From contig JBNZDD010013660.1 of assembly GCA_050575255.1 (NCBI GenBank), positions 3,070,594 to 3,134,593 of the forward strand: a stretch of 64,000 nt of DNA. Direction: 5' to 3'. This stretch comes from Harriotta raleighana (taxonomy: Eukaryota). Position numbers and translations under genes: made by a program. Below, piece by piece: positions 39,037-52,666 of this stretch (positions are counted from its first letter, which is position 1; the number at the start of each line of letters is the position of its first letter). The notes beneath the pieces were generated by a model that searched no databases, had not been told where the DNA came from, and saw only the letters and a program-made list of their open reading frames with translations.

Positions 39037-39979
39037 CTATTGCACAAAGACACAAACGACAACTCTTTTTACTTCTACATTGCTTGGTTAGTTCTTTCCT
39101 TAGCTGTTGCCGCAATTAACCAAATGAGAAAGTAATTGCTAAACGTTCCTCAACAAATATAGTTTGTTTAGAACCTAGCATTTATTCTCAAACCTGTGAT
39201 TTTCAAAATAGTCATATATTAAAAACAAATTACCACAACTCTGTGTTGCTTTGTGATGACATAACATTTGGGATCCAAAAATCCCATCTCCTGATATAGC
39301 GAGGCATGGTGTAGGGTTGTACTATGCATGGGAGGCTGACAAAATGTCTGATTTTCGGATGAGTGGGTCACCACAACATCACTTACAGTTTTCTATCTGT
39401 GCGCAAAGTAGGAAGTGATGTTGACAGTGATCTGATGAGCCAGAAGTCTGTTATTTTGGGATCCCCTCCAAATTAACTGCCACATACAAAAGGGTTGCAT
39501 GTGAATCCTAGTGAAAGGGTTTCAAATTGCTACTGTAGTAGTAAACAAATTTGTGAAATGTATTATAGTGGGATTGTATTGAGTTNTGTTTTCATACTTA
39601 AGGAAAGGACCTGTTCCAATGATGCTGTCACTCAGTTTATTCCCATTACATTGGAATTTCAATATAATGCAAGGTTCGGAGTACTTAAAATCATCTATTG
39701 TTGCAAGGTGTAATAGCCTTTTTCCCTGCATATACACACAGCTGGCCAGCTTATTCACTCTCTTCTGGCTGGTTTGAATTCAAGCNTATGTTTTCATACT
39801 TAAGGAAAGGACCTGTTCCAATGATGCTGTCACTCAATTTATTCCCAATACATTGGAATTTCAATATAATGCAAGGTTCGGAGTACGTAAAATCATCTAT
39901 TGTTGCAAGGTGTAATAGCCATTTTCACTGCATATACAAACAGCTGGCCAGCTTATTCACTCTCTTCTGGCTGGTTTGA

Positions 39980-40315
39980 ATTCAAAATCTCATTCGTTTT
40001 CAAATCACTTTATTCCCTCGCACCTCCCTATCTATCCAATCTGCTTAACCCCACCACCTGCCTCCTCTCAGCTGCCTCTGGCCTGTTTGTCCCTCATGTT
40101 CTCCGTTCCACCATCGGCAACCAAGCCTTCACCCATGACTCCTGAAGCTCTTGAACTCTCTCCCACGATGCCCTTCTTACCTTCAAATCCTGCCTAACGA
40201 CCTTCCATTTTGATGGCCCTTACAGTCACCACCCCCCACCCCTCTCCCTCTGGCTTGTAAAGCATTCAAGAATGCTACCGGGCGTGAAGAGTCTATATAA
40301 ATGCAAGTTGTTGTT
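39980..40315 (+). mobile_element. L2 LINE 3' fragment
   Basis: FKISFVFKSLYSLAPPYLSNLL motif; tail CTATATAAATGCAAGTTGTTG. Confidence 0.8.
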
Positions 40316-40920
40316 CTCATGCCAAATTTAAAAAAAGTCTGACTTCCGGGCATCATTTCCTGAGTGCTGCACTCAATCACCCATCATTAGGTGAGAAACA
40401 ATGTCAAGCAAGAGAGGACCAAAAAAAATCTTTCTGTTTAGTCTGGTGCCTTTCACATCGGGAGGACTTCCAAAGCAGATAGCAGGATACAATGTAAAGC
40501 AATGTAAAGCGGAGACTGTGTGTTTTGTGGGGGGAACCCGGCAGAAAAATTGCGCACAGTGATGCAGCGTAAACAGCCATGGAGTGCGTGGGGGATTGTT
40601 GGCCAGAAAAAACCTTTTCAAACAGTGATATAAGATCTTTACGTCCATTTAGTTTCAGTTTACCAACTCATCCGAAGGACGGCACCTCCAACGATGCAGC
40701 ACAGCCCAGGGACTACGCTAATTGCAGGTGTAATGATCATCAGCTTGTAATTTCTATGTGAAGTCACGATGTGAGGCTAGAACCCACAGCCGTCTGACTC
40801 ACAGGTGAGAGTGCTACCAACCGAGCCATGTACTCTAGATACACAAAAAGCAAGTGCAGTGAATAGATTTCATAATGCAACCATGTTTGAGTCAAATTCA
40901 TGCCGTGAAGAGATGCATTA

Positions 40921-41217
<297 letters not shown>

Positions 41218-41472
41218 CTAGAAACCGGGAACAAGTACAACATGTTCCGTTAGGTCACCGCATGTTACCTTCTAATACTTTAATTAAATATTTACAAAAT
41301 GCTTAGATTAACACTGTAAAATACCATCAAGCTATATTTTACTGGAGGAAAGACTCATAAATTGTCAGGTTTAATAACACAAACAATAATAGTCTGTGAA
41401 CCTGAATGCTCGTTCTCAAAGGTGAGTGCTTCAGAAACTAACTCAAACCTACAACAATCTAGGACTTATATA

Positions 41473-41921
41473 CAGTAAAACCTTGTTCATCCATCACTCG
41501 ATTAACCGGATTCCTCGACCCCCTCCTGGGGCAATTCCTCATTCCAGAATCACGAGTTTGCTCACTTTGTGCGTGCGTGAAATACATGCGCATGCGCACT
41601 TAGTAAACTTACGAANCTCCTGGGGCAATTCCTCATTCCAGAATCACGAGTTTGCTCACTTTGTGCATGCGTGAAATACATGCGCATGCGCACTTAGTAA
41701 ACTTACGAACTTGGGTTTTTTACCGATCGGTAAAAGTGCTGGAATGTTTTATTGGTAAGTATCCCTACAATATTCTGTTACTATGTCGTGTATTATTAAC
41801 ATGGTATGTTTTAAAATAAGTTAATTTTTTATGTTGGGTTTTTGGCAACTTGTCCCCCGTTTATCCGGCACAGTCAATTAGTCAAGCCCCCCGAACGGGC
41901 CAGATGAACAAGGTTTTATTG
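41473..41921. mobile_element. Tigger-like MITE, family with CAGTAAAACCTTGTT(T/C)ATCC TIR
   Basis: TA|CAGTAAAACCTTGTTCATC ... GATGAACAAGGTTTTATTG|TA; internal duplication around N 41616 is an assembly artefact. Confidence 0.85.
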
Positions 41922-42128
41922 TATTCACAGAAAAAGTGTGAACAAATCAATATAGAATAGTAATAATTCTTACATTTGATAATAGTGCTTCTCATGTTGG
42001 GAACGCTTCACAAGATATACTGTAACATGCAGTGACTGTTTGCCAATGTGCACACAGCATTGACTCACAAACAGCCAGGAAGTCAGTGGACATTTTTGTT
42101 TGTATACCAATGGCTCTGCATCATGCTA

Positions 42129-42296
<168 letters not shown>

Positions 42297-43316
42297 CTAA
42301 CCATCGTTAGAGTAATAACGGATGGTAACATTGAAGTCTGCTTGTAAAATCCTACGCTCAGCTACCTGGCCATGAAAAATCACGGAATAGTATTTGTGGA
42401 ACAATGCATTTATACAAATACATTCAACAAATTTCCTACAATGACAATAAATGTAACAATCATACATTTCTAAACAGAATATCTCCTCTCTTTGATTGGC
42501 TGCGAGGATCCATTATGAACGGAGCTTGGGCAGTTCTACCCCAATAGGCCTGCTGGGCTGGCCTGTCCCATTCCAGCACTTCACTGCTGCAGAGTTCGCT
42601 CAGGCGACTCAGGGTAGCTGGGGTGAGAAATGGAAAGCATCCGTAAAGGGTGCTCTTCTGAGGTTGGAGCAGAGTAGATGGAGGTTTACACAAGATCACA
42701 AAAGAGCTTAGGACGAAGAAGGTTGATCTCATCCTTCCACCCTCCCATCACAGCATCAAGCAGTTTGTTAAATGTATCCTCGACCATGCATCCTGTTAAG
42801 CAAGTGACACTGAAATTGTCTGTGTGAAATGTAAAAATGTAATTTCTAATAATATACAGTACTTCACTTTCAACATAAAAAGTATCCATTCCCCCCAAAA
42901 TAATAATAATAAAAAATGCTTATATTGGCTTCTGATCTGAATGTGGCAGCTACTTTTGGAGATTATAGACCAAGACTGGTGTGAAATAGTGAAGAATGTT
43001 ATGACATCTCGCATAACACGCAAGACACTAATCCACTCAATAAAATGCATTTAGTGCCATTCACACAAAGCCAGATGGCAAACCATTTATAACACTACAC
43101 AATCGGATTTTCAATGTAGAATTTCCCATAGAAAAGGAATTTCATTTGTCATTTTTTTTTGTAAATCACAAAATATACAAAATATTTGTCCAAAAAATTA
43201 ATTATTTCTCCCAGTGAAATACTAGAGATTTTTCTATACTTAGGAATGACCTGTGCTCACAGTTGCTTATACCTGCAGTAGTTGAAAGTCAAAGCACATA
43301 TGTTTACTAGTAAATA

Positions 43317-43935
43317 CAGTAAAACCCTGTTTATCCGTGACTCGATGAACCGGAAACTCAAAAAAAAGTCCAGATTCAATAAACCGGAAATTATCCGGCA
43401 GAATAGTGATGATGCATTTAATGAATCGATTGGCGCACCCAATTACTGGTGCAGGTACTCAGCTGGCCGCTAGTCGAGCCTAAAATCATGCTACTACCGT
43501 TTTTAAAAAAAGTTGCAATACTGCCTTTTTTTTAAAAAAAGTCGCCCTACTGCCACTTGGTTTTCCTCCCATGGCGGCCATTGCAGAAGTTAAGTATAAA
43601 TAATAAAGTACTAATACAATATTCTGTATTACAGTATCTGTTATTAGTGTATTTAGTCTATTATTTGTATAGTATTGTTCAACATTTACAATAAAGTAGC
43701 CATACAATATTCTGTTATTACAGTATCTGTTATTACTGTATTTACACTATTATTTATATGGTACAGTGTACAACATTTACAATAAAATACCTATACAATA
43801 TTGTTATTATCTGTTATTATTTAGTCTATTATTAATATGGTATGTGTTAAATAATTAATAATTTAAATTAAGTTAAAAAAAGTTCAACCGGAAAACTATT
43901 TAACTGCCACTGGCCAGGTCCCGTGGGTGCACAAC
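43317..43935. mobile_element. Related Tigger-like MITE with an internal AT-rich tandem duplication
   Basis: Begins TA|CAGTAAAACCCTGTTTATCCGTGACTCGATGAACCGG; unit of about 90 bp repeated at 43615-43830; right end degraded. Confidence 0.7.
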
Positions 43936-46149
43936 TAATCAAACCACCCTTAGCAAGGCACAAATTACTGCAATCTCCCAAGATTGGCACTTCCCAACCT
44001 ACACCTAATCCTCTTAAGGAATTAGGTGAGCAGGTTGCATCTTATCCGGGAAACGAGTATGTATTCTGTTGCAAAACGCAGCAATTTCCATGTGTAGGTG
44101 GGATGCATGGAGTTTTCGGTTTGGTTTGGATACTCTTAAGTAAAGTGATGGCTTTCCACATGAGTCAGACACCCGTTTGACAACAAAAATATCATCGTTC
44201 AGTAATAATTGATAGTTGCTAAGTCTTCAATAGGCTCCTTTTGTCTGGGCATAATTATAGTTCCACGAAATCCCAATCTACATTACAACAGGGGGAAGAG
44301 GAGGATCAAGAGTGATTGCCAGTCAACACTTCTGCCTCACGACATCTTGGATCACATGACTGGGTGGTATTATTGTCCATGTGCATGGAAAAGCGACATT
44401 CTCCGTCAGCACCACAGCAACTTCAAAGTGCAATATCACACTTCACGGGTCTTGTCTCATTTCAAAACTGTGTCACTGAACGGTGTTGCAAGTTTGAAGT
44501 ACAACATTATGCTTTGATGTAATGCAGGCGAATGGAGCTGGAATTCTGCACACTTTTTTGATAACTACAAACAACAACAACAAAATTACATTAATAGAGC
44601 ATCTTTCACGTTGGGAGGATGTCCCAAGGTGCTGAACAATCAGGTTGGGACTCAAGGTTTTTTTTAGAAAGAAAATGTAGGAGTCCACATCCCAATCTCT
44701 AAGCAATTAATACCTGTTATAACTGGGTTCTCTACTGTATTTTTAAAAAACATGATACAGTATTGATTGGAGATTATTGAAGAGAATTAACAAGCTCCAC
44801 CGATTACTCAAATCTTAAATCTTTCCAGAGAATAAATCCCAGATTGGCAATAGTGTCCATCAGGGAAGGGAAGCTGCCATCCTTATCAGTCTGACATAGA
44901 GATATAATTCCGGTTCCAAATGACAACTTAATGGATCTTAAGTTGCCTCTTAAGATCCAAGGAAGCCATTCAATTGTAAGAAAACTGCTAGAGAGATGTT
45001 CAATAACTAAAACCTGTATGGACCAATTGCTAGTGAACCAGGACCTACATCAGAACAAGATACAGGGCAGCAGTTATAAAAATAATAATCCTTGCATTTG
45101 ATATAGCACATCATCGAGTCTTTAAGATATCTGAAAGCAATTATAGGTAATTCTGTATATTGTAAAGTGAATTGATTGTGTATTTTGTGAGTGAAACGCA
45201 GCAGTCAATTTTGCACAAGTTTCCCACAAACAGCCGTAGATGAGGGACTGCATTTTGTTTTAGTGTGATTTTTACCCCGGGAAAGTGATCTGTCAATTAA
45301 CTAACAACCGGGTTTCTAGGACGAGTGGCAATGGTCTAGGAAGTCAGTTTCACAGAGTATTTGTGTTGTCAATTGTGGGTAAGATCAGAGTGGTTTCAGA
45401 ATTGCAGTCATTGCTATTGAACTTTGTACTAGTTTGAATAATAATTAAAATGCTTCCCTTACATTTGATATATAATAGTGGGATGCCATGGATGGGATCT
45501 GTAATGTATACCTGAATGGGAATCACCTTGGTTTAGCATCACATCTGAAGAACAGCATGTCTAATAATAACAATGCAACAGTCCTCCCATTACTGTCCTC
45601 CCATACCTGCCAAAACTTCAGCTTGAATTCCAGGTATGGGGCTTGAACCCACAATCTTCTAACTCAGGGGCGAGAGTGCTATCAACTGAGCCAGGCTGAT
45701 ATATAAAACCACATCTGCTGGAGAGACGTAACTTAGGGAGTTTAAATTTTTTTTACAATATGGATGAGAAAAGGAATGTAACCCAGTCACCGACAATCAA
45801 AGCCTTTATAGTTAACTGATTTTGATGAGAAATGGTGACTGTAGAATTGAAACAAGATGACTCTCCAGAGCTTAATGTAATGTTATCTGCGGTAACACAT
45901 TGAAGACTTCCTTTCTGTGCAAACCATAAACTGGAAAAACAGTGTTTTTAAGGTTTTAGTGAAGATATTTTATAGAATACTGTACATACTCACTGTCCTT
46001 TTGTGGATATCAGACTTTGTTCCAGTTGATTGTCTAAACTGATTCACTTATACAATATAAACCTCTGTCTATAAAGTTTTAAGGCATCAATACTCAACTT
46101 ACTTAACATTATTTCCCGGTTCTAATTTGGGGGAATTGTTTGGTTTGTT

Positions 46150-46415
46150 TTGAATAAACAAATCGAATTTGTGTTTAAAATAATCAACACATCCTGTTTC
46201 AACGGGAGTCTGTTCCACAGATTCACTATTTGCTCGCTGAAGTAGTGTTTGCGTAGATTCACCTTGTATTTACCCAACTTCAATTGCAAGCCGTGTCCTC
46301 TGGTTTCACTCTTCTGGATTAGTTGAAACAGCCTGTCATGATCTATTTTGTCTAGCCCTGTTAGAATCTTAAAGAGAGCAATCATGTCGCCTCTCAATCT
46401 TCTCTTTTCCATCAT
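46150..46415 (-). mobile_element. CR1 LINE ORF2 C-terminal fragment
   Basis: EKRRLRGDMIALFKILTG...TRGHGLQL...YFSEQIVNLWNRLP is the diagnostic CR1 C-terminus. Confidence 0.92.
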
Positions 46416-46981
46416 TAAAATGTCCAATACTTTTAAAATCACAGACACTGCAGAGCGAATATATGAATGGACGTTGTTAATTTGGTCACTCATTGTATGA
46501 CTATTTGTGGGATACTGCTGTACGCAATTGGCTGCTGCATTTTAATTCACTTTACAGTTATTCTGTGAAACGCTTTGAGACATCTCGAAGATGTGATAAG
46601 GCACTATATCAAATGCAAGATTTATTAATATTACATATGAATGAATATTGACTGAATAAAATATTTAATTACATTATATTTAGTTAGTTAGTTGAATACC
46701 AAACATGTCAACATTACGTGTAATTTTAAGCACCTTACACAAGTCCCCGCCAACATGCACACAGATCACATGCACAAAGTCCAGGATATACAGAGAAATC
46801 CACAGATTTATGATCTGACATTCCGTCACCAGGAATATACAAGCATCAACTTTGGGATTGTGCATTTCAGAACTACACCTAAACTGGGGAGATTCACATC
46901 CACAACACTTAACTGCCGATCTATCATGAACATGATGAAAAGGAATAGAAGATTCAACATAGCTCTAAGACAAGGGCATAC

Positions 46982-47290
46982 CTTTTTTGAAGGTTGATGA
47001 CTGGTCTTCATAATAACCATCATTTTCATGTGTAAAATACTCAGCCTGGCAAAGGCTGTTCATACTTGTGGACCTGTTACAATAAGCGCTCTAAACCGGT
47101 TTCCAGGGTAACTGGAAGGCTGGTTTACTACCCAGGTTGGATCGATGCAAATATTGCTATTGTGCAGAGTCTGAACATCGTGACGATTGTAAACCTGGTT
47201 ACCTTACATACAATAACTTGGAGGCTGCATTTAGCAATCATTACTGGCTGCTATTGTTGCATCATATGTTTCCTGCATTGAGTAGTTCAT
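46982..47290 (-). pseudogene. THRB: Disrupted TRbeta2-specific N-terminal exon of THRB
   Basis: Reads MNYSMQETYDATIAASNDC*MQPPSYCM*GNQVYNRHDVQTLHNSNICIDPTWVVNQPSSYPGNRFR, then after a frameshift ...MNSLCQAEYFTHE...QSSTFKKG|gtatgc. Colinear with mammalian TRbeta2 (MNYCMQEIYE...NCYMQ...WAVNQP..SYPGNMFK...QPEYFTEE...QKKG, recalled). Located upstream of the GYIPSY exon as expected. Confidence 0.9.
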
Positions 47291-47430
47291 TTGATTGCTG
47301 TAGTTTCACACACCTCAAAATAGATCTATATTATCTATCTGCTCTTTATGAACAGGTGAACGTAACACAATGTACCTGTACATTGGTTTTACAATACACA
47401 TTTGCATTATTTTACATCGCTGTATGTGCG

Positions 47431-47463
47431 AAATCCCTTTTATATTCAGGTGCTCCTAATCCC
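47431..47463 (-). promoter_or_regulatory. Putative TRbeta2 proximal promoter: TATA box plus K50-homeodomain (CRX/OTX2) site
   Basis: TATAAAA on - at 47444-47438, CTAATCCC at 47456-47463 and AAATCC at 47431-47436, about 150 bp upstream of the TRbeta2 ATG. Confidence 0.6.
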
Positions 47464-49316
47464 CCATCCTCTCCCCCCCCAAACCCGCACCAATTAAACA
47501 AACGAGGGATCAGATTTATGGTAAGTAATGGGGACTGATTCTCTGAAAAGTGGACAGACAGGTAGACACTACCACTGGACAGCTAGCTCATGGACAAACA
47601 ACGTCTGAAGCTTTGGGTGGGTCTCACAGAATTCTTCCCTAATGCACATACAGGGTGCAAAAATGATAAGATTTGTACATCTAAATGAAACTTTTCTTGT
47701 TCATTTTCAATAAAATTCACTCAGCAGCACAAATCACAACCGACAATGAGCGATGGTTGACATCTGCAATTTAAAAAAATACATTGTTAAAAAAAGAAAA
47801 TTTGTGATTATTTGCCATCGTTTAATCCATTATCTGGGACGACCTCCCAATGTGAAAGGTGCTATACAAGTGAAAGGCGCTATACAAGTGTAATTTTTGT
47901 TGTTGATGTTATTATCAGCTATATTGATTTTTTAAAACGATTATTAGTTGATTATAAAGTAGCCCAGGAGCAGAGCTATCAATCTTCACACTTTACTAAA
48001 TAAAACAATTTATTCTACTGGCTAACAACAATACAAATACTGGCTAAAAACAATACAGTTAATGCGCTTGGAATTGAATTAGGGAGAGGAAAAGCAATGT
48101 GAACTGTAGCGTATGTCAAATCCACAAAATGAAATGGTCATTATTAGATTACACTGAAAGACTGCATACAGCACTTGCAACAATCCATTAACTGTATTGA
48201 TTGGGTTTAAGAGAATTATCTATGTGCTAAATTAGCTCAACAAAGGGGATTATTCTAAGAGTCTCCGTGGCATCCCCTAACAGATAAAACGTTCATTTTC
48301 TCAGGTGGAAAATATTTCTGCTTTCTGAATTTCATTTTTACAAAATGCAAAAGATTATTACTGAATTAAATAATAATTAGTTAACGTTTCTGAGATTGTA
48401 CAGTCCAAATACGACCCAGGTGCAGCTTTGCCGGCACTTAAAGGCAATTTGTTCTGATTATTTCTTTGCCTCAAGGAATGTTTGACATAGCAATGATTTG
48501 GTTGCATTGCTCAAATAGCACACCTGGCTGCTTTTCGGTGTCAAGTATGGAACTATGACCCTACGATGAACCTAGAGATCCACAATCTTATAATACTACA
48601 CTGATTTGAAAGGAAACCTTTTAGAATGGAACAAAGTATGTGTAAATAGCACAAAATGAAGTGTCTCAATTACAATACATTAAAAATGTCATTGCGCTTG
48701 TGAAAAGCTTGATGTGAAATGGCTTTCATGAAGACAGTCGATCCAATAAAAGATGAGCAAATAAGACTTGAAAGCGATCAACATCAGGGGCACGCTGAGG
48801 TAAGGAACAGCTAAACCTTCAGAAATCAGATAACCAGTTTAACTTTTTTATGAGGCGAAATCCAACATAACGCATTAATCTTTTCTATGTCTCCTACAAG
48901 TCTTGAGGTAAAGTGATGTTTGGTTGAACACTTGTTCTCCAGCTAAATTACAGCAACATGAAGCATAAACGCGGTTTCATGATAAAGAAAGGAGGACTAA
49001 CGTAAGAAACACACTGCTCTATTCTTTCTATAAGTATTAGTGCTGCTGCTACGTTTGTCAGACGACAAATATAACAGAAAAATGCTTTTGGGAAGCTGGC
49101 AATTTGTGAGTTTTAAACAGTGAATTCAACTTACAGAAAATAAACTAAGGTGCAATGTTAACACCATGCAAGTAGATTTTTAAAGTTTCCAAACATTCTG
49201 CAATTTAAGAACATTGAAGTGAAAATACATAGTTTTGAATCCAAATTAAAAATTGTAATAAAACCATGTCCACCCAAAACCTATTTCTGCTAAAGGTTTA
49301 TATTTTAAGACATTAC

Positions 49317-49544
49317 CTTTATAACTTCTCCCATTATTTTCACCAGCTGTCAGTGGCCATAAAGGCAGCACTTCATTTCTTCCATTGTATCAAGTTGCAG
49401 CAAGGACCGAGTGTCTGAAATGGTGGTCAGATTGTGTGCTGTAGTGCTTTGCTCGAGTCCTCTTCCTACTTCTCCCCTTTTCAGGGATTCCAAGAATATT
49501 TGGATGATATTTGTAGCAATTCTCATTGTGAAAGGTTATGAACC
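49317..49544 (-). pseudogene. Possible decayed TRbeta1-like A/B-domain exon
   Basis: Strong phase-1 donor (TAT AAA G|gtaatg, ...SYKG); one TGA at 49392-49390 in an otherwise open frame; weak by-eye similarity to the mammalian TRbeta1 exon; pyrimidine tract ends in TG instead of AG. Confidence 0.35.
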
Positions 49545-51420
49545 CAACAGAAACAGAAAAGGTACTTGTGCTGTTTTCCAAAGTGCACCTGAAAGGCTTG
49601 GATAACTTCTTGCTCAGCTGTGGCATCCGAGGCAATAGGTTCTGTCTATATTCACTTGATGTGCTGCCGTCCGCCTGTATCTCAGCCTTGAAGCACTGGT
49701 CTTTCTAGTTATCATTCCAATAACACATCATTTATTTCAGCCAAGTGCACTCTGCTTCTATGTTGATTACTTTGCTCATGCAGTGCCTACTTCATACTAC
49801 ATATTTTGTGAAAATAAAATTTGTGAATCACTGGCTTTCTAATGCTTTCCTTCAACACATGAGCGAGAGTTCACCTGCATCATCTGGAGTACTTCCACTT
49901 CAGTGTGGGTTCAGAACCAAGTTTTCAGCTAATTTATTTACTTAGACTTAATGATCATTTGAGGACTTTGAGTTCAAAGCTGGCCATGCACTATTTTTAG
50001 ACGCTAAGGACGCAAAACAAAATGGATTCAGCCTCAACTGATATGCCTTTATCGCAAGCTGTCCTGAAACACACCCGGTCACCTCAATGTGACATCCCTT
50101 GGAACCTTTCAGTGATTCCTGTGTTTCTCTCCAGTAACTTTGAATGAATAGAGAACAGTTTGTTGAGAGATTTTACAGAGGTAACAATGCGCTGGTATTT
50201 ACTGGAAAGGAATGATTTTCAACTGGTTTCACATAAGAAATCAAGCATTACAGAACTCTGTTGAGTTGGGACAAAGCAGAAAAGAAATTCCAAGTTCACT
50301 CTTAAAATGCAACCAACTGGAATTTTCGCTACTTTCTACAATATAAAAGAATTGAAGTACAATAATAATTTTTTCAATATTTTCAATGAACATCATTCTA
50401 ACAAGATACCACTCAAGAAACAAATACAAATATGTTCTCTCAACCACATAAGAATCTGATATTTTTCTTTTCTTCTCCTCTCACATTTAGTTTAGTTTAG
50501 TCTCACATTTAGTTTAATTTTTATTTTGCATTTCTAAGTGAGAAACTCCACTCCACTTCAGTTGGCATTGGCATTACCTTTACAACTGTAAAAGCTTTAC
50601 ATCTTTCCTGACACGCAAACCTCTTTACAATTGAATATCAAACCTAGAGATCTTTTGAAATCAAACACATAATCTCAGGAAGTCTGGTTTTGAAATAACG
50701 ACTTGTATTTTAAACTAAATTCATTTCTAACATGGCAGTTTTGCTAATACTTGATATATGTCCTCCGGACATGAAAGATGCTCTATAAATATAATTTTGT
50801 TGTTGTTATATGTTTGACAAATTTTTGACAAAACAATTTTGTTCAAAAGTGGAGTTTGACCAGCACATTGAATTTATCCAGATGTGTACCCACGAATGAC
50901 ATACAGTAGACGTGTGTGTGTTCGTGTAAGTGTTCAACTCCAAACATCTATGCATTGCATAGAAGCATAGAAATTTAGACACAGTAGGAGGTCATTTGAC
51001 CTTTTGTATTAACCTCAGTGTTTACCCTTGTAATAAAGGCTCCACTCAATACATTAAACATTTAATATAATAATCCTTGCATTTGATACAGCCATTAAGC
51101 TGATCACAATGTCACTGAATTGAGGTCCCATTGTACATTAATTACTAAAGTGGTGAAGGGAAGGAACGATCCAATGTAAACAGACTTGGTAACTTCAATT
51201 GTGCTAAATTCCTGTTCAGGAAACTAAAGCTTCAATGCTGATACCTCTCAGCTTCCCAATCAAATTGCCTTCTGCAAGCCAAACTCAGATAGTCTTTACA
51301 TGATAATGCTGCTTTTTGAAGCCAGAAATGATTGTGCTGAGAACCACTAAATAAACCAGCCATTAAAACTTGCAGCATGCATTTACACACTTCAATATGG
51401 TTGTTCTTAGAATTTAAAAA

Positions 51421-52059
51421 AATAATCCTTGCATTTGATATAGGGCCTTATACTATCGAGATGTCTCAAGGCACTTTACAGAATGTACTGTAAAATGAAT
51501 TGACTGTATTTTGTGGGTGAAATACAACAGTGGCTTAGACACCAGAATGAATAATAATAAACAAATTCATGGATTATTATATTATTATAGTGAAAAGGAG
51601 TGCACTTGTATCTTATGTTTGGATATCAAAATGCATTTTTGTGAATAAGATGATTTCCTCTCAATTAAATCATACGTCTGCCTTAATTGCGCCTGTAAGA
51701 TATTTGAATGGCAGGTACTTTAGTGGCAGGTAGATCGATAGGATTTAGGCAGCTAATGATGTAATTAAACTTCAAACAAGTGGATAAAAACATTCTTAAA
51801 ATACCTATTGATTGACAAACAATGTCACGTTTAATCATTCGGAAGCTTTTCTTTATGAATAGAATCATTTCAGGTTTGGTTTTGGATATGTCTGTTGTAT
51901 TAAAAAAAAAGCGCTTGCTGAAGTGTTGGTACTGTGGATTACAGGGATTATTAACAGCAGAAAACATAAATTTTTAGCTGTTATTGTATTAGTGCATTGT
52001 TTGAAATCCATTGGGGGGTAATTGTACTTTGTAGTTTTTGAAAAACTGTAAACTTTATT
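51421..52059. repeat. Left arm of a diverged inverted repeat of about 600 bp (right arm 57248-57840)
   Basis: Reverse-complement matches such as TTTGGATATCAAAATGCATT / AATGCATTTTGATATCCAAA and TTAATTGCGCCTGTAAG / CTTACAGGCGCAATTAA. Confidence 0.85.
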
Positions 52060-52666
52060 GTCGTCTTGTTCGTTTTTGTGACCTCTCTATCTAAGGCTGG
52101 TTAAATCTTTACTATGATTGATGCTTTCAATTTTTTGATACCATGACTGTTACAAATTTGAATTGATTGTAGGAAACCTATTGCTTTTAGATGGGGAGTA
52201 GATTTGCATAGATTCTGCCGAATGTTGTCAGAGTCAGCTTCTTAGAGCAGTGGTGGGTAGCATTTATAAATCGCTAACATTACAAATTTTCTTGAGTGTA
52301 TATTTCTTGGTTTGTGCCCCAAATATTCAACCAAGCAGAAACCGAAAACAGTACTGATGGAACATGAATTCACCAAGACTTGTGCAAAGATTTGTCTGGA
52401 GTGGGGGATGTTTCTTGATGGCCACAGGTTGGCCACCGGTGTCCAAGAGAGTAATATACCAGATAACCTTCAATGTGATCCCTGGTCTGTGGTGAATCAG
52501 TTGATTTCTGTCTAGGGGACACTTCAAATATTCAATCAGCCTAGGTGCCCTGGGTTGGGCAGGAGTTAAATCAGTCAGGGATTCTGTTCCAGAGATACTA
52601 TCCATCATCGTGAGGTCCACGTGGCAAAGATCCAAACAAGTAATAATAATTCTTACATTTCATATA

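Noticed and set aside
49390-49392. In-frame TGA as possible selenocysteine in a thyroid-axis gene
   Set aside because: No SECIS evidence, nuclear receptors are not known selenoproteins, and nonsense mutation or non-coding sequence is simpler.
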